The notes beneath the pieces were generated by a model. It made no database searches, was not told the DNA's origin, and saw only the letters and a list, made by a program, of their open reading frames with translations. A stretch of DNA of 64,000 bases from Coleofasciculus chthonoplastes F2-STO-03 (GTDB lineage Bacteria > Cyanobacteriota > Cyanobacteriia > Cyanobacteriales > Coleofasciculaceae): NCBI GenBank assembly GCA_040222015.1, contig JAVJWO010000193.1, positions 64,001-128,000 on the forward strand. Reading direction: 5' to 3'. Made by a program: the position numbers and the translations under genes. Shown here piece after piece: positions 38,351 to 49,174 of the stretch (position 1 is the stretch's first letter; every line of letters starts with the position of its first letter).

Positions 38351-39308
38351 TATGACCGGTGCTAGTGGTTGCATCGGTCAGTATGTCGCCGAAACCTTAA
38401 TTCAACAAACAGATCACGAGTTGTATTTGTTGGTCAGAAATCCCGATAAATTAGGATTTGACTACCATGCTCGTCCGGGGATTACGATTTGTCAAGCGGA
38501 TTTACGGCAGATTGATCACTTTAGCGATTTGCTCAAAACGGTAGATGTAGCAATTTTGGCTGCAACAGCTTGGGGAGGAGTCCAGGAAGTTTTTGATATT
38601 AATGTGGTCAAAACCCTGCGATTGCTGGACTTGCTGGATACTCAACGTTGTGAACAAGTCATTTACTTTTCCACCGCTAGCATTCTCAATCAACAAAACC
38701 AGTTACTCAAGCAAGCCGGTCAACTGGGAACCGATTATATCCGTTCTAAATACGACTGTTTACAGCAACTCTCAAAACTCGCGATCGCGCCTAAAATTAC
38801 TACAGTGTTTCCCACGTTGGTATTGGGGGGAGATGAGCGTAAACCGTATTCCCATATTTCATCAGGGATTAAGGATGTAGTCAAATGGATGGACTTGATT
38901 CGTTGGTTCAAAGCCGATGGCAGTTTCCACTTTATGCACGCCCAGGATATAGCTCAAGTAGTATGGTATCTGGTTGAGCATCCTCCTAGTCAGGAGTTGA
39001 CCACTAAAACGGGTGAAATATTATCGACAAATCGTTTAGTCTTAGGCAATCCGCGCCTCACCGTTAACCAAGCGGTAGAAGAAGTCTGTACTTATTTAGG
39101 TAAAAAAATTTATCTTCGAGTCCCCTTATCAATGGGACTAGCCAATCTATTAATTATCGTATTCCGGATTCAGATGGCGGCGTGGGATCGATTTTGCCTC
39201 AACTATCGCCATTTTACCTATCAAAACCCAGTAAATCCCGATACATTCGGTTTACCCACGTACTGTCCCACCCTGAGTGATGTTTTGAAAATTAGTGGTC
39301 TTCCGTAG
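38331..39308 (+). CDS. NAD(P)-dependent epimerase/dehydratase family protein
   Basis: IFMTGASGCIG, YIRSK; follows hemE. Confidence 0.88.
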   Translation: MAPKRIFMTGASGCIGQYVAETLIQQTDHELYLLVRNPDKLGFDYHARPGITICQADLRQIDHFSDLLKTVDVAILAATAWGGVQEVFDINVVKTLRLLDLLDTQRCEQVIYFSTASILNQQNQLLKQAGQLGTDYIRSKYDCLQQLSKLAIAPKITTVFPTLVLGGDERKPYSHISSGIKDVVKWMDLIRWFKADGSFHFMHAQDIAQVVWYLVEHPPSQELTTKTGEILSTNRLVLGNPRLTVNQAVEEVCTYLGKKIYLRVPLSMGLANLLIIVFRIQMAAWDRFCLNYRHFTYQNPVNPDTFGLPTYCPTLSDVLKISGLP

Positions 39309-39357
39309 GGGCGCACCGACGTGCGCCCTTTACCAACGTGCGCCCTGCACTGACATG

Positions 39358-39674
39358 TATCTGTATCAATTTAAGCCACAACCCCCTCACCCCCAGCCCC
39401 TCTCCCACCAGGGGAGAGGGGAGCAAGAAGCAAGCGGTATTCCAGAGTTACTTTGGAAGCGTCTTTATGTGATGGTTCCCCTTCTCCCGTGCAACAAAAG
39501 CGAAGCATCCGCTGTCCTCCCCCATGCAACAAAAGCGAAGCATCCTCTGTCCTCCCCCCTCTTGTAGGGGGGAACGAGGGGGGTAGGGGGGAACGAGGGG
39601 GTCCGGAGAAGGGGTTAGGGGATGAGGGTAAAATGCTTGCCAGTCGTGCTTTTCGCCTTAAGTTGACACCAATG
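39358..39674. mobile_element. Family-A MITE inserted in a REP-like array
   Basis: Degenerate left end TATCTGTATCAATTTAAG, right end CTTAAGTTGACACCAATG; flanks ACTGACATG / ACTGACGTG; internal C/G-rich hairpins shared with 50327-50524. Confidence 0.75.
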
Positions 39675-40352
39675 ACTGACGTGCACCCTTTACCAACGTG
39701 CGCCCTGCACTGACATCCGCCCTTTACCGACATGCATCTGCATCAACTTAAGCTCAAAAAAAGCGATACCTTGATCTAACCCCTCCCTAACCCTCCCCTT
39801 GCCAAGGGGAGGGAACTTCAAGGACTTTGGTTTCTCCCGACACCCGACAAACCAATTCAAAATGTAAATTGTTACCTACTGCCTATTCATTGTTCTATAC
39901 AATGGAATAGAAAGAGATGGAATTAGCGGTATGACCCGATGCTATCCATCCAGTTTTCGCAGACGATACCCCAGTCAACAAACGGTTTTCTGGACAAATA
40001 TAAATAATCCTTCAGGAATCCGTCCGATGGGTGATGTAGATTAATACAGCCTTTGACTAAGGTTACTCATTCCCCAAGAGGGTATCGCGTATACTATCTG
40101 CTAGAGGAGAAGCCCAGTTATCTAACCTGAGACAGAGTTTAAGCCCAAAATGCTGAACATTCTGTAAAAACGGAAACTGTGGCGATGCGTTAGCAGTAAA
40201 TCTCAGTAAGGGTTTCCTGGAAAAACAGGTAACCCTTATCGCTGAGAAAAACGAAAACGCTGTTATCCGGTCATCAAGGGTGGGAATTCTAATCATAAGT
40301 GATGACACACTTCGATCAAGTGTCGTTATCGGTCGTAATCTAAGAGATCACT

Positions 40353-41603
40353 ATGCCAGCCACTCCTTTTGCCGACACGGAATTCGACCAAGACCAGCCT
40401 ACCTACAGCCTGGATTTGCATGATACCCACAGCGATATAGACAATTCTGTGGATGATTTCGTTGATCCAGATATTGAAGAGGATATCGACACGACTAGCT
40501 TTGCTAAAAGTGCCAACCGCCGTACCACAGATTTGGTGCGGCTATATCTTCAGGAAATCGGTCGGGTTCGTTTATTGAGACGAGATGAAGAAGTCTCAGA
40601 AGCTCAAAAAGTTCAGCGCTATATGCGATTATTGGACTTGCGAGCACAGTTCGCCACACCAGAGGAGCAAGTTATTGAGCATTTCGTTCATTTAATCGAA
40701 ACCCATGACCGTTTAGCCTCTCAGTTAGGTCACCGCCCCTCCTTAGAACGCTGGGCGACAACCGCTGGGGTGGAGGTGGCTACCCTGAAGCCAAGTCTGA
40801 TCGAAGGAAAACGGCGCTGGGCGGAGTTAGCCGAACTGACGGTTAAGGAACTGGAACAGGTTCAAGCCCAAGGGTTGCAGGCGAAGGAACACATGATTAA
40901 AGCCAACCTGCGCCTGGTGGTGTCGGTGGCGAAAAAGTATCAAAATCGCGGGTTAGAACTGCTGGATTTGATTCAAGAAGGAACCTTGGGATTAGAACGG
41001 GCAGTTGAGAAATTTGATCCGACGAAAGGGTATCGGTTTAGTACCTATGCCTATTGGTGGATTCGCCAGGGAATTACTCGCGCGATCGCGACTCAAAGCC
41101 GGACGATTCGCTTACCGGTTCACATTACCGAAAAGCTGAATAAGATTAAGAAAGCCCAACGGAAGATTTCTCAGGAACAAGGGCGCACCGCCACCATTGA
41201 GGATATCGCCAAAGAGTTGGAAATGGATGCGCCCCAGGTGCGGGAAGTGCTGATGCGAGTTCCGCGATCGGTTTCCTTGGAGATTAAAGTCGGCAAGGAG
41301 AAGGATACGGAATTGGGGGATTTACTGGAAACTGAGGAAACCTCCCCAGAAGACGTATTGATGCGTGAAGCCTTACAACGGGATTTACACCAACTCCTAG
41401 CTGATTTAACCAGTCGCGAACGGGATGTGATTTGTATGCGGTTTGGTTTAGGGGATGGACATCCTTACTCCTTAGCTGAGATTGGGCGGGCGCTGGAACT
41501 GTCTCGCGAACGGGTGCGGCAAATTGAAGCGAAGGCGTTGCAGAAGTTACGCCAACCCAAGCGGCGGAATCGGGTGCGGGATTATCTGGAAGCGTTGAGT
41601 TAG
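40353..41603 (+). CDS. sigC: Group 2 RNA polymerase sigma factor, SigC-type
   Basis: TTDLVRLYLQEIGR, ANLRLVVSVAKKYQNRG, FSTYAYWWIRQ, long region 1.2 insertion, MPAT N-terminus. Confidence 0.85.
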   Translation: MPATPFADTEFDQDQPTYSLDLHDTHSDIDNSVDDFVDPDIEEDIDTTSFAKSANRRTTDLVRLYLQEIGRVRLLRRDEEVSEAQKVQRYMRLLDLRAQFATPEEQVIEHFVHLIETHDRLASQLGHRPSLERWATTAGVEVATLKPSLIEGKRRWAELAELTVKELEQVQAQGLQAKEHMIKANLRLVVSVAKKYQNRGLELLDLIQEGTLGLERAVEKFDPTKGYRFSTYAYWWIRQGITRAIATQSRTIRLPVHITEKLNKIKKAQRKISQEQGRTATIEDIAKELEMDAPQVREVLMRVPRSVSLEIKVGKEKDTELGDLLETEETSPEDVLMREALQRDLHQLLADLTSRERDVICMRFGLGDGHPYSLAEIGRALELSRERVRQIEAKALQKLRQPKRRNRVRDYLEALS

Positions 41604-41621
41604 GGGAGTTCCCCACACATT

Positions 41622-41649
41622 GTAGAGACGCGCCATGGCGCGTCTCTAC
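41622..41649. repeat. Perfect 28-bp GTAG-REP-like palindrome
   Basis: Identical to 28234-28261. Confidence 0.9.
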
Positions 41650-41717
41650 AAGTACGACAGTACACAAATAAATGGTTTCCGGTTTTTCCTCTGCTAGAGC
41701 GTTGGTCAAGTATTATG

Positions 41718-41784
41718 AGAAACCGGGTTTCTCGTGAGGATGACAACGAAATATCAAGCTTTCACCCAAAGAAACCCGGTTTCT
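41718..41784. repeat. AGAAACCGGGTTTCT double-palindrome repeat
   Basis: AGAAACCGGGTTTCT ... AGAAACCCGGTTTCT. Confidence 0.7.
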
Positions 41785-41802
41785 TGACCGATTTATCCTT
41801 CC

Positions 41803-41905
41803 TAAGCTGTCATGCATTTAAATTGGGAATAGGTAGCGAGCAAGATGCTCGCACTACAAGGATTTAGCCATTATTGACATTAAGGTTTAAATGCCGAAGA
41901 GCTTA
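41803..41905 (+). mobile_element. Family-B MITE (103 bp)
   Basis: Terminal inverted repeats beginning/ending in TA; internal GTAGCGAGCAAGATGCTCGCACTAC hairpin. Confidence 0.85.
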
Positions 41906-41964
41906 CTCTTTGGAACTGCTATACTAATAGAGTTCAATAAAATACTCTTGTTTTCTCGGTCGAG

Positions 41965-42070
41965 TTGACGTGCGATCGCGGCGGTTTCATCGGTACAATT
42001 ATCGGCATATAACTACCAGTTGTTTCAGGTCGGTGAATCGGGGTAATATCGGGGTAATATAGTGTTCAGG
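41965..42070 (-). pseudogene. Decayed fragment of the GT2 gene at 44397-45620
   Basis: 39-nt exact match 41965-42003 = 45318-45356, with diverged similarity continuing to ~45410. Confidence 0.75.
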
Positions 42071-42174
42071 TTTGGGCAGCTACCAAATAACCCTTTTTTG
42101 ACTAACCTGTCCCTCCTGGGATATCACAGCTACCCAACTGAACCCAAGCCTCAAAATTATAAGAAGTCTTTAAA

Positions 42175-43476
42175 ATGGTAGATAAAAAACTTAAAGTTTT
42201 ACTGATTATAGAACAATGCAATCCCGACTGGCCCTCTGTACCTTTAGTCGGATATAGATTCTTTCAAGGGATTAACCAGCTTGCCGATGTAACTTTGGTG
42301 ACCCATGAAAGGAATAAAAAAGCTTTCGATAAACTACCACAGCATAATAATGTTGTTTTTATACTCGAAAGTGATTATTTGAAAAAATACTATAACCTTG
42401 TAGCTAGTCTTACAAAAAAAGGAAAAGTAAATTGGTCTTTAATTCATACGCTAACTTATCCTATTTATGCAGAATTTAACGATAAATTATACAAGCAATT
42501 TCAAGCCAAAATAATCAACGGTGATTATGACATTGTACATGCGATTACTCCAATGATGCCCAGATACCCATACAAAGTCGTTAAAGCATGTAAGCATACT
42601 CCTTTCCTCCTAGGACCCGTCAATGGAGGTGTACCGTTTCCGCCAGGATTTAGCGAAAAAGCCAGGGAGGAGTATGCTTACCTCAACTTTTTGAGGGCTA
42701 TTGGTCGAGCTTTAATACCGGGATACAAAGAAACTTATCAAAAAGCAGACCGCATATTGGCAGGATCAACTTATACTTTAAATCTAGTCAAGGATTTATT
42801 TAAAATTCCAGATAACAAAATTAGTTTATTTTATGAAAATGGAATCGATAAAAGTTTTCTGGTCGAGGACGAAAGTAAGTATCCTAAAAACAGAGACAAA
42901 ATAAATTTACTATTCGTTGGCAGATTAGTTCCTTACAAATGTGCCGATATTGTTATCGAATCTATTAGTAAACTAGGGCAAACTATTCAAGATAAAATAG
43001 TTTTGACGATAGTCGGTGATGGCTCAGAGAAAACAAAGCTAGAAAACCTAGTGCAGAAACTCGGTTTAAGTGAAAAGGTAAAGTTCACAGGTCGGATTCC
43101 GCAACAGGAAACAGTGAAGTATTACAGACAAGCGGATATTTTTTGTTTCCCATCGATTCGGGAATTTGGTGGCGCAGTGGTGTTGGAAGCCATGGCTAGT
43201 GGGCTTCCCTGTATTGTGGCAAATAATGGTGGTATTGGGGAATATGTTACGGAGGAAACGGGGTTTAAAATTGAACCGCTATCCAGAGAGTATTTGACAC
43301 AGGAGTTGACAGATAAGATTAAAATCTTAGTTGAAGATGAGCAATTGCGGGAAGGTATGTCAACCAAGGCTGTTGAAAGAGCGAGAGAATTTACTTGGGA
43401 AAACAAAGCCCAAAAAATAGTTGATATTTATCAGGAAATGATTAAAAAAAATGAATTTATCAAAATCTCAATTTGA
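42175..43476 (+). CDS. GT4 glycosyltransferase
   Basis: FVGRLVPYK, PSIREFGGAVVLEAM. Confidence 0.92.
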   Translation: MVDKKLKVLLIIEQCNPDWPSVPLVGYRFFQGINQLADVTLVTHERNKKAFDKLPQHNNVVFILESDYLKKYYNLVASLTKKGKVNWSLIHTLTYPIYAEFNDKLYKQFQAKIINGDYDIVHAITPMMPRYPYKVVKACKHTPFLLGPVNGGVPFPPGFSEKAREEYAYLNFLRAIGRALIPGYKETYQKADRILAGSTYTLNLVKDLFKIPDNKISLFYENGIDKSFLVEDESKYPKNRDKINLLFVGRLVPYKCADIVIESISKLGQTIQDKIVLTIVGDGSEKTKLENLVQKLGLSEKVKFTGRIPQQETVKYYRQADIFCFPSIREFGGAVVLEAMASGLPCIVANNGGIGEYVTEETGFKIEPLSREYLTQELTDKIKILVEDEQLREGMSTKAVERAREFTWENKAQKIVDIYQEMIKKNEFIKISI

Positions 43477-44212
43477 ACAAGCTTACGATCAAGTTATTTT
43501 AAAGAATGACTTTTTTGAAAGAGACTCATACTATGTTCAATACAAGCCCAGATATTGGAATACTTTAAAACATATTTGTCAACATCCTCTACCTGAGTCT
43601 GCTCGTATTCTGGAAATTGGAGGAGGACAAATTGCTTTACTTTGCCAAAAGTTATTTAAGTATGAAGGAACTGTCGCTGATGTGAATGAAAAATATAAAC
43701 AGGGCATTTTAGTCCAGAATTTATCATTTCGATGTTGCGATTTGTTACACGATGATCTGGAAGAACGGGATTATTACGATTTAGTGGTTATGTGTGAAGT
43801 TATTGAACATATGCCAATACCTCCTTATATTGTTCTAGAAAAAATTAAATCGTGGATTAAACCAGGAGGTCTACTTTTCTTAACCACTCCTAATCTGTAT
43901 CGATTTAGAAATTTAGTTAGACTTGCCCTAGGGTTACGTGTATTTGACACCTTCCGTATTCCCGAACGGGGATCGGGAATTGGTCATCCCTTAGAATATA
44001 GTCGAGAGCATTTGAAGTGGCATCTTGAAAAGGCGGGTTTTGAATCTATCCATATCGATTTACGGCAACTTGACCATGCTGGTTCAACGTTATGGACACA
44101 GCTAGGAAGGATTATGGCTAGTCCTTTTTTACTGCGTCCGCTTTGGCGAGATAAGTTAGTTGTTGTTGCTCAGAAACCGGAGAACTCTATGCCAGTTGAG
44201 GGGCAAGTCTAA
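43451..44212 (+). CDS. Class I SAM-dependent methyltransferase
   Basis: ILEIGGG, CEVIEH, KPGGLLFLTTPN. Confidence 0.88.
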   Translation: MNLSKSQFEQAYDQVILKNDFFERDSYYVQYKPRYWNTLKHICQHPLPESARILEIGGGQIALLCQKLFKYEGTVADVNEKYKQGILVQNLSFRCCDLLHDDLEERDYYDLVVMCEVIEHMPIPPYIVLEKIKSWIKPGGLLFLTTPNLYRFRNLVRLALGLRVFDTFRIPERGSGIGHPLEYSREHLKWHLEKAGFESIHIDLRQLDHAGSTLWTQLGRIMASPFLLRPLWRDKLVVVAQKPENSMPVEGQV

Positions 44213-44396
44213 AGCAATTGTATTTGCTAATCATAAATGATTACTTCTATCTGTAATCTACTGATGCTAGCTTGGAAAGGATTACGGGAAACTCCTCGGA
44301 TCAAAGAGAGGGAGTTTATCGCGGTTCCCGTTTGGGTGCAACACAGATGTGTGTGTAGGGTAGCGCTAAGTTGCGCCCTATCCATCTCACAACTCC

Positions 44397-45620
44397 TCAA
44401 GATTCGGGAATATCAACTGCATCTCGTTCTGTGCGAATCCACTTATTCTCAGGCTTCACCAGAAAAGCAAAATACAGGGGAATTTTCCACAAAATATAAA
44501 AAGGTACAGTTAAAAGTGTCTGTACAGGTATATCCTTACGGCAAAACTTAGCCCATGCCCCAATAATTGATAGTAGAATTAATAGTCCTTCTAATCCTAC
44601 AAAAATCGCTGGTATCCAGGATATTCCCAAAACCGCCGCTAGTAAAGTTCCCCCCATAGCCGCTACCCAAATCATGACAAGTAGGGAAAGTGGAGGTACA
44701 ACTAAATCAAGAGCGATCGCGAATAAATCAACCCGTCGCTGAAACACAGACTGGGTAAGGAGTCGCGGGACTTGGGTAAGTAAGGTTTGTAAGTGTCCAT
44801 GTTCCCAGCGGGTGCGTTGAGTTTTGGTGGCTTCCTGCTGCTGGGGGAGACATCCGGTGACTCTAGCGTCTAAACAAAATACTGGAGAATGTCCAGCTAT
44901 GGCTAAATCAATGCCAAGCTGCATATCCTCGACTATATTATTACTCGCCAGGGGCGCTTGACGGATAACTGACCAAGGAAACGCCATTCCTGTACCCGTC
45001 AATAAGCAGGGGAATCCCAGTTGATTTAGTCCACAGGGACGGACTAAGTTTTTCACCCGAAACGCTAGAGCGGAAATGGTATCCTTGGGTGTAGGGTTGG
45101 GGGGTTGTTCTAATAGGTAAATGGCTTGGGTAGGTCTTTGGGACGTGTTGGCACGTTGAGCGAGTTTCGCGATCGCGCCTTCATGTACGATACAGTCAGC
45201 ATCTACAAGTACCACGATATCGGGTGGGTTTGTGGCTAGGTATTTTATCCCATAGTCTAGGGCATATCCTTTACCTTGATGTTCTGTATCCTGGCGTTCG
45301 ATTACCGTCGCGCCTAATTGACGTGCGATCGCGGCGGTTTCATCGGTACAATTATCAGCAATAACTACCAGTCTGTCTGGGTCGGTTAGCTGGGGTACTA
45401 TGGTTTTTAGGGTACTGCTAATTCCAGAGGCTTCATTGTGGGCGGGAATTAACACGGTTATGCGGGGAGGGGAGGCTAAGGCGGCTTCTGGGTGTTGACG
45501 CGGTGGGAAAAGGGCGGCGAAACACTCGATAAACAGCATCCCGATAGGGACAAGAAGGGAGAGTGCGATCGCGAATAGGATTATTTCCACGATAATAAGC
45601 CATGGCGGATTGGTAAACAT
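44397..45620 (-). CDS. GT2 glycosyltransferase (cellulose-synthase-like)
   Basis: IPAHNE, ADNCTD, VDAD, VED, QRTRW. Confidence 0.92.
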   Translation of the reverse strand: MFTNPPWLIIVEIILFAIALSLLVPIGMLFIECFAALFPPRQHPEAALASPPRITVLIPAHNEASGISSTLKTIVPQLTDPDRLVVIADNCTDETAAIARQLGATVIERQDTEHQGKGYALDYGIKYLATNPPDIVVLVDADCIVHEGAIAKLAQRANTSQRPTQAIYLLEQPPNPTPKDTISALAFRVKNLVRPCGLNQLGFPCLLTGTGMAFPWSVIRQAPLASNNIVEDMQLGIDLAIAGHSPVFCLDARVTGCLPQQQEATKTQRTRWEHGHLQTLLTQVPRLLTQSVFQRRVDLFAIALDLVVPPLSLLVMIWVAAMGGTLLAAVLGISWIPAIFVGLEGLLILLSIIGAWAKFCRKDIPVQTLLTVPFYILWKIPLYFAFLVKPENKWIRTERDAVDIPES

Positions 45621-45674
45621 GACCCTGAAACCTCGCTGTGTCTAGAACTCTGGGGAATAGGGATAGTGAGATCG

Positions 45675-46235
45675 CTAGGAAGTAGTTTGGGAAATCGGAG
45701 TGTCACAGTCAGAATTCTCTTGAGTTTCCGACTGAGAATGGGTAATAATTCTCGCAGGGACTCCTACGGCTGTTGCGCCTGCGGGGACATCACAAAGCAC
45801 GACGGCGTTAGCCCCTATTTTCGCATGGTTACCGACCTTAGCCTCGTAAAAGATTCTCGCACCCGCACCGATATCAACATGACCGCTGATTTTGATATCC
45901 TTACTTATTGTGACCTGTTGCATAATCAGGCAATTGGGTCCAATCGAAGCCTTGGAATGAATGACAACCCCATTGGGATGAGGCAGTAGTAGTCCCCCTT
46001 CAATTTGGCAGTCTAGTGGGATATCAGCGCCCGTGACCACACTCCAGAAGCGATGCTGGAGGACGTTAACACGGCGCAATAATCCTCCAATAAGTCCTCC
46101 TTTTGCATACCACTTTTGATACTCACGGATAGATTTGAGGAGTTGGCGGCTTGGGTCCCACCAGCGGCGCAATTGTTCGCGACTCCAATCGGGTTCTGTT
46201 GCAGAAATGTTGGGGACAGTGACGGATTTAACCAT
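45675..46235 (-). CDS. CysE-like hexapeptide acetyltransferase
   Basis: PHPNGVVI, IGANAVVLCDVPAGATAVGVPA. Confidence 0.88.
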   Translation of the reverse strand: MVKSVTVPNISATEPDWSREQLRRWWDPSRQLLKSIREYQKWYAKGGLIGGLLRRVNVLQHRFWSVVTGADIPLDCQIEGGLLLPHPNGVVIHSKASIGPNCLIMQQVTISKDIKISGHVDIGAGARIFYEAKVGNHAKIGANAVVLCDVPAGATAVGVPARIITHSQSETQENSDCDTPISQTTS

Positions 46236-46809
46236 TGTCCTGAGTGTTTCGGGATTTTACGATCTTAGCAGGTACGCCCACGGCTGTTGCGCCTGCTGGC
46301 ACGTCACAAAGCACGACGGCGTTAGCGCCAATATTAGCATCATCACCGATAGTTAGGTTACCAAAGATTTTCGCACCTGCACCAACGTTAACGCGATTCC
46401 CTAATTTTGGCGCATCGAATGGATGATCCACGTAGCGATTGCCTAGGGTAACGCCTTGACGGATAATACAATCATCACCAATGGTACAATCGCCGTGAAT
46501 CACAATCCCATGTTGATGTTCGATGATCACACGACGACCCAGTTGAATGCTATAGGATAATTCTATGCCGTAGGTATTACGGATTTTACGATACAATGCT
46601 CGGTAGAGAATGCTAAACGGCGCTCGTAGTAGTTTGGGGTGAATTTGCATACGCCAGACGCCAAAGCGCTGAATGGCAACAGCGCGGAATCCTGGTCGAG
46701 TCCAGTCGCGATCGTGGGCAATCCAGTCTTCTTTGATTTGTTGCCAGAGTCCGAGATTGTTAGGGACTGATTCCTCTATATTAGATTTTATCTCTGGTTG
46801 CGTGACCAT
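46228..46809 (-). CDS. CysE-like hexapeptide acetyltransferase
   Basis: HQHGIVIHG, IRQGVTLG, IGANAVV; ATG at 46809 preferred because upstream codons derive from a repeat. Confidence 0.88.
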   Translation of the reverse strand: MVTQPEIKSNIEESVPNNLGLWQQIKEDWIAHDRDWTRPGFRAVAIQRFGVWRMQIHPKLLRAPFSILYRALYRKIRNTYGIELSYSIQLGRRVIIEHQHGIVIHGDCTIGDDCIIRQGVTLGNRYVDHPFDAPKLGNRVNVGAGAKIFGNLTIGDDANIGANAVVLCDVPAGATAVGVPAKIVKSRNTQDNG

Positions 46810-46827
46810 AGTTTTTTTTGTTAACTG

Positions 46828-47050
46828 GGCGGTTGAAACCGCAGCTACACAAGCTAAACCCGCGCAGGCGGGTTTCCACACCTCTAGTTTTTCGGTATTA
46901 GTCCGCGTAGGCGGACTTTGTTTGTCTAGCCGCGATTTCCAATCGCCATGGCTGAAGCTCCCCTCTTGCTCCCCTCTCCCCAGGGTGGGAGAGGGGCTGG
47001 GGGTGAGGGGTTTAGCGTTGACACCAATGGATAATATAGTGTCTCTACTA
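46828..47050. repeat. Palindromic dispersed repeat plus family-A MITE remnant
   Basis: GGCGGTTGAAACCGC...GCGATTTCCAATCGCC; CCCCTCTCCC/GGGAGAGGGG hairpin; GTTGACACCAATG end followed by GTCTCTAC. Confidence 0.7.
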
Positions 47051-47058
47051 GCGTGACA

Positions 47059-48051
47059 CTATGATACACCGCCCTTGAGAAACACGCTATTGCGGAGGAA
47101 ATCTCCCAAAAGTTGGGGCGGATCAGTATCTGGTTTACGTTGAATCACCCGACGCAAGCGCCATAGGGTAAACCCTGAAGCCCACAACATATCAGCACAG
47201 GAGGCGTACAGCCAACCGTAATTTTTGATAAAATACCGTCGCCGGGAATCAAACCAGTACTGGGGGCGGCGTTTAGGTGGGCGTTTGGTATCCGTGACAC
47301 CGGAACTTTGTCCAACTAAGTGAACAACCCGACTCTCAGGCACATACCAGCAACTCCAACCTGCTTTTTTTGTCTGTAGGCAAAAGTCCATTTCTTCATA
47401 GTACATGAAGTAGTCTTCGTCGAGTAAGCCCACTTGTTCAAAGACTTCGCGACGAACAATCATGCTGGCACCAGCTACCCAGTCAGTTTGGCAGGCGGCT
47501 TCGGGAACCGGAGGGGCAACCACCCATTGTTCGAGGAGAGTCGATACCACACCCAGACGCAAGCCATTGTCGAGTTCACTAAAGGCTGTATGGAAGCGAA
47601 AGGCTGAACGCTGGGGAGTAGCATCGGGATCTTCTAAGCGACTTCCAGCGATTCCTACGTCGGGATGTTCGTTCATGAAGTTGACTAAGGTTTTGATGGC
47701 ATTGGGGCGTGCGATCGTGTCGGGGTTAAGGAGTAGGATGTAGGGAGGGGGATTGGTTGATTCCAGGGCTGGACGAATTCCCGCGTTGTTGCCGAAAGCG
47801 TAACCACCATTATGATCTAATGGCATAACGGATGCCCAGTCACTCCAACCTTCGGTTTCTATGGCGGTGGTGATTTGTTCGACTGAACCGTCGCCGGAAG
47901 CATTGTCGGTAACAACAACGCGAGTACCGGGTAAGGATTGGACTTCATCGACTACAGAGTGGAGGCAATCGATAGTCATGCTAGGGGTGCGGTAGTTGAG
48001 GATGACTACGAGTAGGGGGTACGAGTGATCAGGTTGAGTTGTATTAGGCAT
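47059..48051 (-). CDS. GT2 glycosyltransferase (rhamnosyltransferase-like)
   Basis: VILNY, DNASGDGS, NGGYAFGNN, LLNPD, FMYYEEMD. Confidence 0.92.
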   Translation of the reverse strand: MPNTTQPDHSYPLLVVILNYRTPSMTIDCLHSVVDEVQSLPGTRVVVTDNASGDGSVEQITTAIETEGWSDWASVMPLDHNGGYAFGNNAGIRPALESTNPPPYILLLNPDTIARPNAIKTLVNFMNEHPDVGIAGSRLEDPDATPQRSAFRFHTAFSELDNGLRLGVVSTLLEQWVVAPPVPEAACQTDWVAGASMIVRREVFEQVGLLDEDYFMYYEEMDFCLQTKKAGWSCWYVPESRVVHLVGQSSGVTDTKRPPKRRPQYWFDSRRRYFIKNYGWLYASCADMLWASGFTLWRLRRVIQRKPDTDPPQLLGDFLRNSVFLKGGVS

Positions 48052-48184
48052 GGCAGAGTTGCTTTTTTGGGTGAAGCCAATGGTAATTTCACTCTAAATG
48101 CTTCTTTAATTTTAGAAAGAATATGGGGGGTTATCCTATAGCGTATAACACAGAGTAGGTGTAGGGGAGTACTGACGCACTTCT

Positions 48185-48287
48185 TAACCTGTTCGGCATT
48201 TAAACCTTAATATCAATAATGGCGAAATCCTTGCAGTGCGAGCATCTTGCTCGCTACTAATACCCAATTTAAATGCATGACAGCTTA
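48185..48287 (-). mobile_element. Family-B MITE (103 bp, reverse orientation)
   Basis: Reverse-complement match to 41803-41905. Confidence 0.85.
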
Positions 48288-48340
48288 TCCTCGTCCTGTA
48301 TTTTTTCCTAAAAACAACTTATCTTAACAGGCATTTGTCA

Positions 48341-49174
48341 TTACCAATTATACCGAGTACCCAAGATATAATATAGCTTTTCATTAAAGGGAGCAAAATA
48401 TTTTTTTAGTAATTCTATTGTTGCTTCATCATCAGGAGTTTTTGAATATTTATATTTGCCTACATTATGCTTTTGATTATAAAAATCATAAATCTTATCC
48501 TGAGTAAAATTTTCGAGCTTGAGAAAATTACAGACGCGATTGAGTACGGATTCTAAATTTTCACGAAATTCCTCAACGTTTAAGATTAAAATGCTTTCTA
48601 TATCAAAATAATTATAGTAATTTTCTAGCTGTTCAACATACTTCCCCCTATCAATATAATCATAAGGGTACTTTGCCGTATTATACTCAAGATATAGTTC
48701 CTGTTCAATCGCTTCAGCAAAACTTCTTTCATCTGCTATTGCTTTCAAATTCTCATGAATACTATTGACAAAGCTGTGATGCATTTGCCATGATGAATAG
48801 GCACGAGCAACAGGTTCTCTCAGTACAGCAATCATTTTGATATTTCCTAAATCTTGTTTTATCAGTTGAGGAATATGCTTAAAGTAGAGATAGCAAGGTG
48901 TTGCATCGCAGGTTAGTTTGTATTTTTTCTTAAACTTAGAAGGAAAACTTCCCAAATACCAGCCAAAACCTTTAGCATAATTTTCAGGTTTATCAAAGTA
49001 GTGAATTTCCTTCCATGTATTGTTCTCTAAAACTTGAGGATGTTGACTTAAATAACGATACAATGAAGTTGTGCCTGCCTTTTGCGCTCCAATGATTAAG
49101 AAGTCTGGTTTCGACTTAAAAACTGGATAAACCACCCTCTTGATTAATTGCTTGCTCACGATAATAGATAGCAT
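48341..49174 (-). CDS. PAPS-dependent sulfotransferase
   Basis: PDFLIIGAQKAGTTSLY, KEIHYFD, LREPVARAYS. Confidence 0.92.
   Translation of the reverse strand: MLSIIVSKQLIKRVVYPVFKSKPDFLIIGAQKAGTTSLYRYLSQHPQVLENNTWKEIHYFDKPENYAKGFGWYLGSFPSKFKKKYKLTCDATPCYLYFKHIPQLIKQDLGNIKMIAVLREPVARAYSSWQMHHSFVNSIHENLKAIADERSFAEAIEQELYLEYNTAKYPYDYIDRGKYVEQLENYYNYFDIESILILNVEEFRENLESVLNRVCNFLKLENFTQDKIYDFYNQKHNVGKYKYSKTPDDEATIELLKKYFAPFNEKLYYILGTRYNW

Noticed and set aside
39295..39733. ORFs of 86-120 aa on both strands
   Set aside because: They lie entirely in MITE/REP sequence
39900..40352. ncRNA or riboswitch in the long sigC upstream region
   Set aside because: No recognisable family motif by eye; needs an Rfam scan
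41965..45410. Diversity-generating retroelement template/variable repeat pair
   Set aside because: No reverse transcriptase in the window; differences include indels and are not adenine-specific; match is mid-gene
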